Both the position numbers and the translations under genes were made by a program. Of a stretch of 64,000 bases of DNA, positions 18,387-27,696 are shown piece after piece. This DNA is from Thermoplasmata archaeon (GTDB lineage: Archaea; Thermoplasmatota; Thermoplasmata; WALJ01): the NCBI GenBank assembly GCA_027006785.1, contig JALTFR010000032.1, forward strand, positions 67,685 to 131,684. The letters are read 5' to 3'. The notes below the pieces were generated by a model, which was not told where the DNA came from, searched no databases, and saw only the letters and a list, made by a program, of their open reading frames with translations. Within the stretch, counting starts at the first letter, position 1. Every line of letters begins with the position of its first letter.

Positions 18387-18420
18387 TTCACAGCAAGGGT
18401 AACAGGGCCTGAGAGCGCAG
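18387..18420 (+). repeat. right copy of 34-bp imperfect direct repeat (overlaps, on the opposite strand, the last codons of the sugar-phosphate isomerase gene)
   Basis: TTCACAGCAAGGGTAACAGGGCCTGAGAGCGCAG; read in the + frame it would encode HSKGNRA*, a pseudo-copy of the DUF190 C-terminus HSKGSKA*. Confidence 0.8.
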
Positions 18421-19164
18421 GAATTCAAGGCTTTTCAGGGCATCGCCCATTCCCTTATCCTGCTCCAGAACGAAGTTCCCGCCATAGCCTTCGAGCGCTG
18501 AAAGAACCTTTTTCCAGTCAATATTCCCTTCACCTATCGGCAGGTGCTCGTCATCCTTTCCCATGTTGTCGTGTATGTGGATGTTTGCGAGCCGGTCCTT
18601 TCTTTTCAGGAATTCATCTATTGTTCCGATGGTGTTCGCATGGCCAACATCGAAGCACCATTTAATATCAAGGCCTTCGGTCATCTCCTCAAGTTCCCAC
18701 GGCTCGCGGCCAACGGTTATGAATGTCAGGGGCATGTTCTCAAGAGCAAGCGTTATTCCCCTGTCGAGCGCTCCCCTTTCCAGAATCCTAAGCACAGCCT
18801 TCGTCCTTTCCCTGACCTTTTCGGGAACCCTGTAAAGCGGCGTGCGAAAACCGGGATGCAATGTCATGACCTCAACTCCCAGATTTGAGGCGCTCTCCAT
18901 CGCCAGAACCATCTCCTCTATCACGGCATCCCGCACGAGAGGGCTTGCGGCCGCCAGGTTTATGTCGCTCAGCGGAGCATGGACCTGAATTAGCATATCA
19001 TTGCTTTCCAGATACTCCGAAAGCTCCTTTTCTATGTCCGGAAGCCTCAAAGTTCCCTCTGCGGTTATCTCCCAGCCGTCGAAGTGCGGTGAAATGACCT
19101 CCAGAACATCAGAAAGAGGCATGGATGAGAATGAATTGCTCGATATCAGAAGCATCTCAATCAC
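18388..19164 (-). CDS. sugar phosphate isomerase/epimerase (xylose isomerase-like TIM barrel) family protein
   Basis: TIM-barrel signature segments (VHAPLSDINLAA, LHPGF, IHIHDNMG...HLPIGEGNIDW). Confidence 0.7.
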   Translation of the reverse strand: MIEMLLISSNSFSSMPLSDVLEVISPHFDGWEITAEGTLRLPDIEKELSEYLESNDMLIQVHAPLSDINLAAASPLVRDAVIEEMVLAMESASNLGVEVMTLHPGFRTPLYRVPEKVRERTKAVLRILERGALDRGITLALENMPLTFITVGREPWELEEMTEGLDIKWCFDVGHANTIGTIDEFLKRKDRLANIHIHDNMGKDDEHLPIGEGNIDWKKVLSALEGYGGNFVLEQDKGMGDALKSLEFLRSQALLPLL

Positions 19165-19531
19165 CGATGAATGTGAGCCACTGTATCAGTTTCTCAGGGC
19201 TTTCGCTCTCAATCCTTATTTCGATCTCTCCGAGCGCGGGATTGTTTCCTCCGAATGATATCTTTCCCACATATGCGGCCTGCTTGCTTATGCTGAACTC
19301 CATGATGCCACCTTTGAGATGCCCCATAAGATAATGCCTAGCAGTGTCCCTTATCCTCAGATCCCTTAAGATCTCCCTGAACCTCTCGAGGTCCGAGGCA
19401 TTTCCTGTTATCCTTTCCTTCTTCACTTCAAGCTCTGCGTCGGGGAATATTTTCAGGATAGCGCTCTTCACCTTCTCTTCAGATTCGGTCGGATAGAGGG
19501 GAGCGCCTATGCTTATGGAAGCAGCGGGCAT
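19157..19531 (-). CDS. conserved archaeal hypothetical protein (UPF0201-like, possibly RNA-binding)
   Basis: 124-aa ORF starting MPAASISIGAPLYPTE; the listed longer ORF adds a basic leader. Family assignment from memory only. Confidence 0.45.
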   Translation of the reverse strand: MPAASISIGAPLYPTESEEKVKSAILKIFPDAELEVKKERITGNASDLERFREILRDLRIRDTARHYLMGHLKGGIMEFSISKQAAYVGKISFGGNNPALGEIEIRIESESPEKLIQWLTFIGD

Positions 19532-19614
19532 GATGGTGGAAAGAGTTTTCTGGTTTAAAAACCGTCGCCTTTTCCATTCCATTCAAAACCCTTATTAACC
19601 AACCCTGTAATCCA

Positions 19615-20049
19615 ATGAGCATGAAAGTTCTGGTTGTCATGGGAAGCAAGAGCGACATGCCTGTCGCCGAGAAGGTCGAGGCCATACTGAAGGAATTCGG
19701 TGTTCCTTACGAGATAGAGGTGGCGTCAGCGCATCGCAATCCTCCGAAGGTCGAGGCCCTTGCGAAGAGGGAGGATGTGGATCTGTTCATAGCCATAGCG
19801 GGGCTGAGCGCTGCGCTCCCCGGTGTCATAGCTTCGCACACGACAAAGCCAGTCATAGGCGTGCCTGTCAGCGGAAAGGTCAATCTGGATTCAATACTCT
19901 CCATAGTGCAGATGCCTCCGGGAATACCTGTGGCCGCAGTCGGTCTTGACAACGGAAAGAACGCCGCCATGCTCGCGGTGGAGATACTTGCGATGAAATA
20001 CCCTGAGCTTACCGAGAAGATAGAGGCATATCGGGAGAAGATGAGGTGA
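19615..20049 (+). CDS. purE: N5-carboxyaminoimidazole ribonucleotide mutase PurE
   Basis: [40 protein letters not shown]... canonical PurE. Confidence 0.85.
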   Translation: MSMKVLVVMGSKSDMPVAEKVEAILKEFGVPYEIEVASAHRNPPKVEALAKREDVDLFIAIAGLSAALPGVIASHTTKPVIGVPVSGKVNLDSILSIVQMPPGIPVAAVGLDNGKNAAMLAVEILAMKYPELTEKIEAYREKMR

Positions 20050-20053
20050 TGCT

Positions 20054-20998
20054 TTGGACCCTGCGAAATTTGTCGAGGACAGCATAAAGGAACTGAGGGA
20101 GACCATAGACGGAAAGGCCATAATTGCCATATCCGGAGGTGTGGATTCATCGGTGGCAGCGGCGATAACCTCTCAGGCAATCGGAGACAGGCTGACGGGT
20201 GTCTTCGTGGACACCGGATACATGAGAAAGAACGAGGCTGAGGAGGTAAGGGAGATATTCTCGGAATACGACCTCGATTTTCGCATAGTTGATGCCAGCG
20301 ATGACTTCTACGAGTCATTGTCCGGGGTAACAGACCCTGAGAGGAAGAGGAAGATAATAGGCGCGAAGTTCATAGATGTATTCAGGGAGGTGGCCGCAGA
20401 GGTCGGTGCCGAGTATCTCATCCAGGGGACCATAGCGCCTGACTGGATAGAGAGCGGAGGAGAGCTCAGAGACACCATAAAGAGTCATCACAATGTCGGG
20501 GGGCTTCCCAAGAAACTGGGAATGAAACTTGTGGAACCTCTCAGGGACCTTTACAAAGATGAAGTAAGGGAACTGGCTCGCTACCTGAAGCTGAATGTCG
20601 CGGAGAGACAGCCATTTCCCGGGCCGGGACTTGCCATAAGGGTCATAGGTGAGGCTAGCCCGGAGCGCGTCGCAATAGTGAGAGAGGCGAATTACATCGC
20701 TGAGCAGGAGATTGAGAGGGCGGTTGAAGAGGGAAAGATGAGCATGCCGTGGCAGTACTTCGCCGTTCTTCTCCCTGTGAAGACCGTCGGGGTCCACGGA
20801 GACCTGAGGGCGTACGGTGAGACCATCGTGGTCCGGGCTGTGGAATCAATGGATGCGATGAGTGCAACCTACTCAAGAATTCCTCACGAGGTTCTGGACA
20901 GGATATCCCGCAGGATAACCAACGAACTGGGCGACAGGGTGAACAGGGTCGTCTACGACATAACGAACAAGCCGCCGGGAACCATAGAGTGGGAGTGA
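20054..20998 (+). CDS. guaA: GMP synthase [glutamine-hydrolysing] subunit B (ATP pyrophosphatase domain)
   Basis: PP-loop AISGGVDSSV, C-terminal GMP synthase dimerisation segment (HHNVGGLP...PFPGPGLAIR); TTG start right after purE stop. Confidence 0.85.
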   Translation: MDPAKFVEDSIKELRETIDGKAIIAISGGVDSSVAAAITSQAIGDRLTGVFVDTGYMRKNEAEEVREIFSEYDLDFRIVDASDDFYESLSGVTDPERKRKIIGAKFIDVFREVAAEVGAEYLIQGTIAPDWIESGGELRDTIKSHHNVGGLPKKLGMKLVEPLRDLYKDEVRELARYLKLNVAERQPFPGPGLAIRVIGEASPERVAIVREANYIAEQEIERAVEEGKMSMPWQYFAVLLPVKTVGVHGDLRAYGETIVVRAVESMDAMSATYSRIPHEVLDRISRRITNELGDRVNRVVYDITNKPPGTIEWE

Positions 20999-20999
20999 A

Positions 21000-21839
21000 A
21001 TGGCGAGGGCCTTCGCTCCGGGCCATATAACCGGTTTCTTCGCACCTTACAGGGATGAAGACCCTGTTAAGTCAGGTTCATGGGGTGCCGGCTTTGCCAT
21101 AGACCTTGGAGCGACGGCAGAGGTGGAGCTCCACGGCTCAGGAATTGAGATAGAGCTTCCCTATGGTGATGGAGAGGTAACAAGAAAGGCCGTTGAGACG
21201 GCGCTCTCCGAGAGCCATGAGAAGGGAGTTCGTGTAGATATAGAACTGCAGCTCCCTGTGGGCCAGGGGTTCGGGATGAGCGCTGCAGGAACCCTTGCAA
21301 CGACCATGGCGCTCGCTGAACTGCTCGGAAAGGAGAGGGGGGATGCACTCCGATGGGCCCATACCGCGGAGGTCCTTTCAGGAACAGGGCTCAGCGATGC
21401 CATCGGAAGTTATTACGGAGGGCTTGTCGTCCGAAAGGAACCCGGGCTTCCGCCCTACGGTGAGGTAATAAAAAAAGATGTCATCAGAGAGGTCTGGATA
21501 ATGGTGGTCGGAGAGCCTATTGATACGAGGGAATTCCTGCAGAGAAGGGGGAATGAAGTAATAGAGGCAGGAAAAAAGGCACTTTCCGAACTTCTTTCAG
21601 ACATCTCCTTCTCGAATTTCATTAGACAGAGCAGGGAATTCGCAGAGGATATCGCGATAGGTGATGCGCTCCGCCACATACCCGATGGGTTCAGGGGAAG
21701 CCAGGTCATGCTGGGAAATTCGGTCTTCTTCACCTCTTCAGGCTCCGGAATGGTCAACCTGTCCGGGAAAAAGGCAGAGGCACCTCTGAAGGCCATAAGG
21801 TGCAGAATAGACAACACGGGGGCGAGGGTCATTGGGTAA
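21000..21839 (+). CDS. archaeal pantoate kinase (GHMP kinase family, CoA biosynthesis)
   Basis: MARAFAPGHITGFFAPY...SWGAGFAIDLGATAEVEL...PVGQGFGMSAAGTL pattern of COG1829 pantoate kinase; adjacency to guaA is common in archaea. Confidence 0.6.
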   Translation: MARAFAPGHITGFFAPYRDEDPVKSGSWGAGFAIDLGATAEVELHGSGIEIELPYGDGEVTRKAVETALSESHEKGVRVDIELQLPVGQGFGMSAAGTLATTMALAELLGKERGDALRWAHTAEVLSGTGLSDAIGSYYGGLVVRKEPGLPPYGEVIKKDVIREVWIMVVGEPIDTREFLQRRGNEVIEAGKKALSELLSDISFSNFIRQSREFAEDIAIGDALRHIPDGFRGSQVMLGNSVFFTSSGSGMVNLSGKKAEAPLKAIRCRIDNTGARVIG

Positions 21840-21864
21840 GCAGGGAAAACTGAGCGAAGAGGAG

Positions 21865-23037
21865 ATGAGGTTCGCAAAGGCCAGGTTCTTCCGGTATTAC
21901 TCCAGGGCAGAGATAGATCCACCTCCAAGGGTCGCACTGCGTGAATGGGGCTTCTTTCTCTTTGGCGGCGACAGGATGCACAGGCCGGTGACCTTCGATG
22001 GAAGAGAGAGCATGAAGGACTACCTCTTCCGAAAGGTCCCGAGGCACGCATACTATTCAACAGCGTATTACAGGAATCCCGGAATGCCGATGGAATCACC
22101 TGAGAAGGGATGGATGGGTGCGGACCTCATATTCGACCTCGACGCGGACGGGCTGCCCGGCGCTGATAAACTGAGCTACGAAGAGCAGCTTGAAGCGGTG
22201 AAGAAGGAGATAATTAGGCTCTACGATGTATTCCTTCAGGAGCACCTCGGTTTTTCCGACGATGAGATGTCCCTTGTATTCTCTGGAGGTAGGGGGTATC
22301 ACATACACATACGAAGCCCGTCCGTGCTGGACATGAACTCGGATGAGAGAAGGCAGATAATGGACTATGTGGCAGGAAACTTTCAGGAGTTCAGCGAGGT
22401 CTTTCCGAAGAAGAGGGTGCCAGGAAGAGGCACCGTGAAGGAAGTTCCCCTGCTTCCAACAGAGGAAGGCGGATGGAGGGGAATGGTGAGGGAGGAGGCA
22501 GCCCTGCTCATAAGCACATTTCAGATGCTCGGAAGAGAGGGCTCCGTCGAGCTCATGAAGGATGTGGGAGTAAGGAGGGACGTGGGAGCAAGGATATATG
22601 AGCGGCTCTTAGAGGGGGAGAGATATAGAAGCATGATGAAGACAGGAGACCTGAGCATCTTTAAAAGCGATGCTGAACTGAATGCCTTCTTTAAGGTCCT
22701 TGAGGCAGAAATAAGGGAGAAATACGCGGTGCATCCCGATGTCCATGTCACTCCTGATATACGGAGGCTCATCCGACTTCCGGGCTCGCTTCACGGAGGA
22801 ACAGGTTTTCTTGTAAGGGAGATATCCAGAGATGAACTCGATGATTTCACGCCAACGAGAGATGCGATACCTTCCATATACGAAGACGAGGCCCTCATAG
22901 GTGTTGAGGCAGAGAATCCTGTGAAAATAAGCATATCCGGTCAGGAATACCGGCTCAAGGGCAGGCAGAAGGTCCCCGAGGCAGTGGCTGTGTTTCTGAT
23001 ACTTTCGGGCAGAGCATCTCTATCGGGAAAGCTTTAA
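21865..23037 (+). CDS. priS: DNA primase small (catalytic) subunit PriS
   Basis: ADLIFDLDADG (catalytic DxD), SGGRGYHIHI, RLPGSLH motifs of archaeo-eukaryotic primase; ATG at MRFAKARFF chosen (TTG at 21832 possible). Confidence 0.8.
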   Translation: MRFAKARFFRYYSRAEIDPPPRVALREWGFFLFGGDRMHRPVTFDGRESMKDYLFRKVPRHAYYSTAYYRNPGMPMESPEKGWMGADLIFDLDADGLPGADKLSYEEQLEAVKKEIIRLYDVFLQEHLGFSDDEMSLVFSGGRGYHIHIRSPSVLDMNSDERRQIMDYVAGNFQEFSEVFPKKRVPGRGTVKEVPLLPTEEGGWRGMVREEAALLISTFQMLGREGSVELMKDVGVRRDVGARIYERLLEGERYRSMMKTGDLSIFKSDAELNAFFKVLEAEIREKYAVHPDVHVTPDIRRLIRLPGSLHGGTGFLVREISRDELDDFTPTRDAIPSIYEDEALIGVEAENPVKISISGQEYRLKGRQKVPEAVAVFLILSGRASLSGKL

Positions 23038-23060
23038 AAGCATAAAATGAATGGGCTCCT

Positions 23061-24710
23061 ATGTCAAAAAGGGCGGTGTTCATCACTGCGGCTCTCATCA
23101 TGGCCCTTGTGTTCTCAGGATGCATCATGCCTGACGAGCCTGCTGTCGTCGGCGACCACACAGCCCCGAAGATATCACTTTTATCGCCCGAGAACAACTC
23201 ATTCATAAGGCCGGGAGACGTGATATCACTATCAGTGGTGGATGAGAACCTCAGTTCTGTCATTTATTCCCTCGACGGACTGCCCTTCGAAGACCTTTAC
23301 TATCCATTCGAGATATCCACATCCAACTGGTCAGAGGGAAATCACAGCCTGCGTGTTATAGCGGAGGATGCGGGAGGAAACAACCGGAGCGCTCTCTATG
23401 TTTTCCACATAGACCTGACTCCCCCTGAGATATCACTTCTTTTCCCTGCGAACAACTCTGCCATAGAGAGCAATTCCGAGATAAGGCTATCAATAGAGGA
23501 TGTGAACTTCAGGAGCGCCAACTACACTCTTGACGGAGGGGGCCCGAGGATTCTCACCTATCCGTTCATCATACCCGTAAAATGGTGGTCCGAAGGCCCG
23601 CACACGATAAAGGTGAACGCCAATGACATGGCATGGAACAGAGGGAGCGCCACATACAGTTTCATAATAGACAACAGGCCCACGGAGATAGTCCTCGTTT
23701 CACCGTCATCGAGGGTCATAAGGCCGGGCGTTCCCATTGTATTCGATATAGAGGAAGAGAACCTCAGGAACCTTACCTGCACCGTGAACGGAAGGTCAGT
23801 TGATTTCAGCGAGCACCGGATTGATACAACTGGCTGGCCGGACGGCCCTTATTTCATCCAGATAAACGCAAGCGACCTCGCAGGACACATAAAGAGCCAG
23901 TCATACCTCTTTGAAGTGGATTCCACTCCCCCACAGATAAGCTCCGACATAGCCAGCGGTTTAAAGCTCATCATGAACGGCACACTGGATTTCATGAACA
24001 ACACATTCACTCATGAAGGCGGAAAGGTCTCAGTGGATGTTGAGGACGAGCACCCGGGATATGAGAGATATTCACTCAACGGAGGGCCATACACAACACT
24101 TCGGGGGGGAGCGCTCAATCTCTATGGAATACGCGGCAGGCAGGCGAACATAAGCATACTCGCAGAGGACCTTGCAGGAAACAGAGCCTATCTGAACATG
24201 AGCATAGTGCCGGAATACAACCTGACGATAATCATGGGGATGAACGAATCGGAGGTCGCCCTGCCCTTCATATTCAACGACACATACATAAGAACCGTCT
24301 TAAGCAGCATAAACAGCAGTTATTCAAAGGCCCTCACCTTCGTAAACGGCACATGGAGGTCGTTCAACCCGGCATATCCGGACAAATATAACCTCGACTT
24401 CCTGCATGTCGAGACATACATGGGTCTGCAGTTACAGGTCAATAAGAGCCGGGCGGTTCTCAGAATTTCAGGCCCTCTTCCTGAGAAGTACACCCTGCAT
24501 CTCAGAAAGGGCTCGAATTTCTTACCCTATCTTTCCATGAGGGCGATGAGGCTTGACAGGGCATTCGCATACGTCCCGTGGTACAGAGTGCAGAGGTGGG
24601 ACTGGCAGAAGGGGGACTATGTGGACATGCGTGGAAACGAGACACTTCTTCCTGGCCATGCATACTGGGTCTATACCTCGGCGGAATGCATTATAACCTA
24701 TGATTTTTAG
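23061..24710 (+). CDS. secreted protein with four ~100-aa Ig-like repeats
   Basis: Signal peptide and Cys (MSKRAVFITAALIMALVFSGC), repeated units ending TPPEISLLFPANNS / STPPQIS with NxS/T sequons; no C-terminal TM. Confidence 0.7.
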   Translation: MSKRAVFITAALIMALVFSGCIMPDEPAVVGDHTAPKISLLSPENNSFIRPGDVISLSVVDENLSSVIYSLDGLPFEDLYYPFEISTSNWSEGNHSLRVIAEDAGGNNRSALYVFHIDLTPPEISLLFPANNSAIESNSEIRLSIEDVNFRSANYTLDGGGPRILTYPFIIPVKWWSEGPHTIKVNANDMAWNRGSATYSFIIDNRPTEIVLVSPSSRVIRPGVPIVFDIEEENLRNLTCTVNGRSVDFSEHRIDTTGWPDGPYFIQINASDLAGHIKSQSYLFEVDSTPPQISSDIASGLKLIMNGTLDFMNNTFTHEGGKVSVDVEDEHPGYERYSLNGGPYTTLRGGALNLYGIRGRQANISILAEDLAGNRAYLNMSIVPEYNLTIIMGMNESEVALPFIFNDTYIRTVLSSINSSYSKALTFVNGTWRSFNPAYPDKYNLDFLHVETYMGLQLQVNKSRAVLRISGPLPEKYTLHLRKGSNFLPYLSMRAMRLDRAFAYVPWYRVQRWDWQKGDYVDMRGNETLLPGHAYWVYTSAECIITYDF

Positions 24711-24760
24711 TTTTTGTCGTCCAGTTATTCACTTTTAGACGATATAGGCGAGATTTTACC

Positions 24761-24776
24761 AAAAGACATATATAGG
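24761..24776 (+). promoter_or_regulatory. putative BRE/TATA box and downstream GGAGGT ribosome-binding site of the surface-protein gene
   Basis: AAAAGACATATATAGG ~35 nt upstream of GGAGGTTTAACCATG (ATG at 24813). Confidence 0.35.
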
Positions 24777-24812
24777 AGTGCTAACTAGACAGAGTAGAAT
24801 GGAGGTTTAACC

Positions 24813-26858
24813 ATGAAAAGAAATATAAGTATGATGATCGCCGCATTCCTCGCACTTGCCATGCTGGCATCTGTGATACCCATGGCAGAGGCAGGTATGC
24901 AGGAAATAGGAACAGAGGCTACAATAGGCACTGTAAGCCCGGGAAACCAGAATTACACGTCAGTGCCGGCATATGTAAATTTCACTGCCAGTATAACCGG
25001 TCTTGCAGCTAATGAGACACCGTACATCAATCTGACAGGAACAGAGTACAAGATGCTCTACAATTCGACGAACAGTGATTATTTCTACAACTGGACCAGC
25101 AACATAACAGAGGGCATATTCACCTACTGGATTGTTGTACGTGACAATACCACAGGCAACATTACCGGAAAGTCAGACAACTACACCATAATGATAGATA
25201 AGACCGGCCCGGTAATAACTGCACCGGTCAGCCATGTAGAAGGACACCCTACAGTGATAACCATTACCGACGCGGTATCCGGTGTTAAGAACGCTACGAT
25301 AACAATAACGAAGGGAAACAGCTCGATGTACAGCTCTACCATAAATGCAACGGACGGTAGGATAGACTGGTCAAGGAACATAGGTCCGGGCACCTACAAT
25401 TACACCATAGATGCGGTGGATATGTTCGGCAATCCTTCGAATGCAACCGGCAACTTTACGGTAACAGAAGATACGGCAGCGCCGGTCATAAGCAATGTCG
25501 CAGCGACACCGCTGAGCGTTCCGCAGAATGGATACATCAACATAACTGCGAATGTGAGTGATGCAGGCGTTGGTGTTGATACCGTTCTGGCCAACATAAC
25601 CTACCCTAATGGCACACACTACACTAAGCTCATGATGCTCTTCAATGGAACATACTATTATAACAGTACATATAGTGATATAGGAAGTTATTCCTTCTTC
25701 ATATGGGCGAACGACACGAAGAACAATGCAGACAACAGCAGCTCATATTCCTTCGAGGTAACCGATGCAACCGCTCCGACGATAAACAACTACTCAGCAG
25801 CTGCAATAGGCGCTACGAGGATGCTCATAGTTGCCAACATAACGGACAATTACGATGCTGCAGATACGCTGCAGGTATCTGTGACAGTCATAGATAGCAG
25901 TGCAGTACCAGTTGTAACAAATGTCAGCATGATATATAATGTAACTCTCGGAATCTACACATACCTCACCGATTCCCTCAGCATAGGGCACTATACCTAT
26001 GAGATATATGCCGCAGATAAAGCCGGAAACATGGCCGAGGTTCAGGGGGCCTTTGACATAGTGGACAGCGTAGCACCGTCCATAACCAATGTAAACGTGC
26101 CTTCCAATATCGTGGAGCACCAGAATGTCACCATAACCTGTGTGGTGCAGGACAATGTGGACGATGTGACGAACATTACCGTTAGCATAAGCGTGGATGG
26201 AACAAGCTACCCCATGGCATACAGCGGAAGCAACAATGTCTTCGAGTACACGATAAAAGATGTCACTTTCGGAAATCACACATTTGTCATAACTGCCACC
26301 GACAGCTCGGATAACACCGCGAACACAACTGCTCAGACATTCTTTGCAAAGGATTCCGAAGCTCCTGAGCTGGATCAGGGAAATTCGAGCATACCTACAC
26401 AGGGAACTCTCGGAGAGAAGATAACCTTCAGTGTGGCTCTTCAGGATGACGACCCTGTTACAAGCGTAACTCTCTACTACAGCGTTGACAACGGAAACCA
26501 GACAAGTGTCCCGATGACTCTCCAGAACGGAAAGTATGTTGCAAGCATAACTGTGAACTCTGGAAGCACTCTGAACTACAGGATTGTCGCAGATGACGGT
26601 CAGAGCCCACCGACCACTGTTGCTCAGGGCAACATGAAACTCTCCCAGAAATCAACGATGTCAACCGCTATGCTCGCAGGAATAGGTATACTCCTTCTGA
26701 TAATCATCATAGCAGTAATAGCAGTTATGATGAAGAAGAAGCCTGCTGAAGCACCTGCTGAGGAATCAACAGAGGAGCCTGAAGAAGAGTCTTCCGAGGA
26801 AGTGTCCGAAGAAGAATCCGATAGCGGAGAAGATGACGAGCTCGGAGAGGAGCTCTAA
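24813..26858 (+). CDS. cell-surface (S-layer-like) glycoprotein candidate with five Ig-like repeats, C-terminal TM anchor and acidic cytoplasmic tail
   Basis: Signal peptide, repeats introduced by TGPVITAP / TAAPVISNV / TAPTINNY / VAPSITNV / EAPELDQG, many N-x-S/T sequons, MLAGIGILLLIIIIAVIAVMM then KKKPAE and poly-acidic tail. Confidence 0.7.
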   Translation: MKRNISMMIAAFLALAMLASVIPMAEAGMQEIGTEATIGTVSPGNQNYTSVPAYVNFTASITGLAANETPYINLTGTEYKMLYNSTNSDYFYNWTSNITEGIFTYWIVVRDNTTGNITGKSDNYTIMIDKTGPVITAPVSHVEGHPTVITITDAVSGVKNATITITKGNSSMYSSTINATDGRIDWSRNIGPGTYNYTIDAVDMFGNPSNATGNFTVTEDTAAPVISNVAATPLSVPQNGYINITANVSDAGVGVDTVLANITYPNGTHYTKLMMLFNGTYYYNSTYSDIGSYSFFIWANDTKNNADNSSSYSFEVTDATAPTINNYSAAAIGATRMLIVANITDNYDAADTLQVSVTVIDSSAVPVVTNVSMIYNVTLGIYTYLTDSLSIGHYTYEIYAADKAGNMAEVQGAFDIVDSVAPSITNVNVPSNIVEHQNVTITCVVQDNVDDVTNITVSISVDGTSYPMAYSGSNNVFEYTIKDVTFGNHTFVITATDSSDNTANTTAQTFFAKDSEAPELDQGNSSIPTQGTLGEKITFSVALQDDDPVTSVTLYYSVDNGNQTSVPMTLQNGKYVASITVNSGSTLNYRIVADDGQSPPTTVAQGNMKLSQKSTMSTAMLAGIGILLLIIIIAVIAVMMKKKPAEAPAEESTEEPEEESSEEVSEEESDSGEDDELGEEL

Positions 26859-26865
26859 AACCACT

Positions 26866-26883
26866 TTCCAATTCTTTTATTTT
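26866..26883. terminator. T-rich tract between convergent genes (candidate archaeal terminator)
   Basis: TTCTTTTATTTTTCACCG between the surface-protein stop and the GT2 gene stop. Confidence 0.3.
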
Positions 26884-27696
26884 TCACCGTTTTGAAGGAA
26901 CTTTATCTCCATATATTTTGTATGCCAGGTATCCCAGCATGGCAACGCTCATCCTTGCGGCATACCAGAATGTGAAGTGATGGTCCAGCATGTTTCCCGG
27001 CTTGTATTTTCCCCAGAGGTTTCCATGTTTCATCGTGAGCTGCTTTCTTCCGTATCCGTTCCAGAAGGCCTGTTTGAAGAATCCGAGGAATGTGTCCCTG
27101 GTCTTGTGGTAGACTATTGCCTTTTCGTTGTAGACCATCTTTGCGCCTGCCCTCACGGCCCTTATATTCAGGTCTATGTCCTCTGCTGTTACGAACCACG
27201 GGTCAAAACCCCCTATTCTCTCAAAAAGTTGCTTCCGATACAGGAGGTTACAGCTTGGATATGTGACATCGTAACCGCGGTAGTACAGTTCCACCCTCTC
27301 GAGCTCCTCGAAGGCCCGATATCCTATGGGAATGCTCTTTCCTGCCACGACATCAGCGCCTTCTTTCAGGCTCTTCCTCATTTCCTTTAGCCAGAAGGGG
27401 TTTGGAATGTCGTCTCCGTCTATGAACGCAACGGCCTCACCCTTTGCCATTTTAACCCCGTAGTTCCTTCCCTCACCCCTTGTCCCACCCATGATATACA
27501 GTCTTATGAAATCATGCTCTCTTTGATACTCCTCTATGATATCAACGGTGCTGTCGCTGCTGTGCGCATCAACGATGACCACTTCGAAGGGTCTCTCCTG
27601 AACAAGAAGCCCATCCAGAAGGTTTGCGATGTTCTTTTCCTCGTTTCGGACCGTTATCACGACGCTTATGAGCATCGGCCCCACATATCCTTTCAA
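26884..27696 (-). CDS. family 2 glycosyltransferase
   Basis: ISVVITVRNEE N-terminus and DGDD (DxD) motif typical of GT2. Confidence 0.75.
   Translation of the reverse strand: MKGYVGPMLISVVITVRNEEKNIANLLDGLLVQERPFEVVIVDAHSSDSTVDIIEEYQREHDFIRLYIMGGTRGEGRNYGVKMAKGEAVAFIDGDDIPNPFWLKEMRKSLKEGADVVAGKSIPIGYRAFEELERVELYYRGYDVTYPSCNLLYRKQLFERIGGFDPWFVTAEDIDLNIRAVRAGAKMVYNEKAIVYHKTRDTFLGFFKQAFWNGYGRKQLTMKHGNLWGKYKPGNMLDHHFTFWYAARMSVAMLGYLAYKIYGDKVPSKR

Noticed and set aside
18388-19164. Calling the TIM-barrel gene a specific enzyme (e.g. xylose isomerase or AP endonuclease)
   Set aside because: Only family-level fold motifs are visible; the substrate cannot be inferred from sequence alone.
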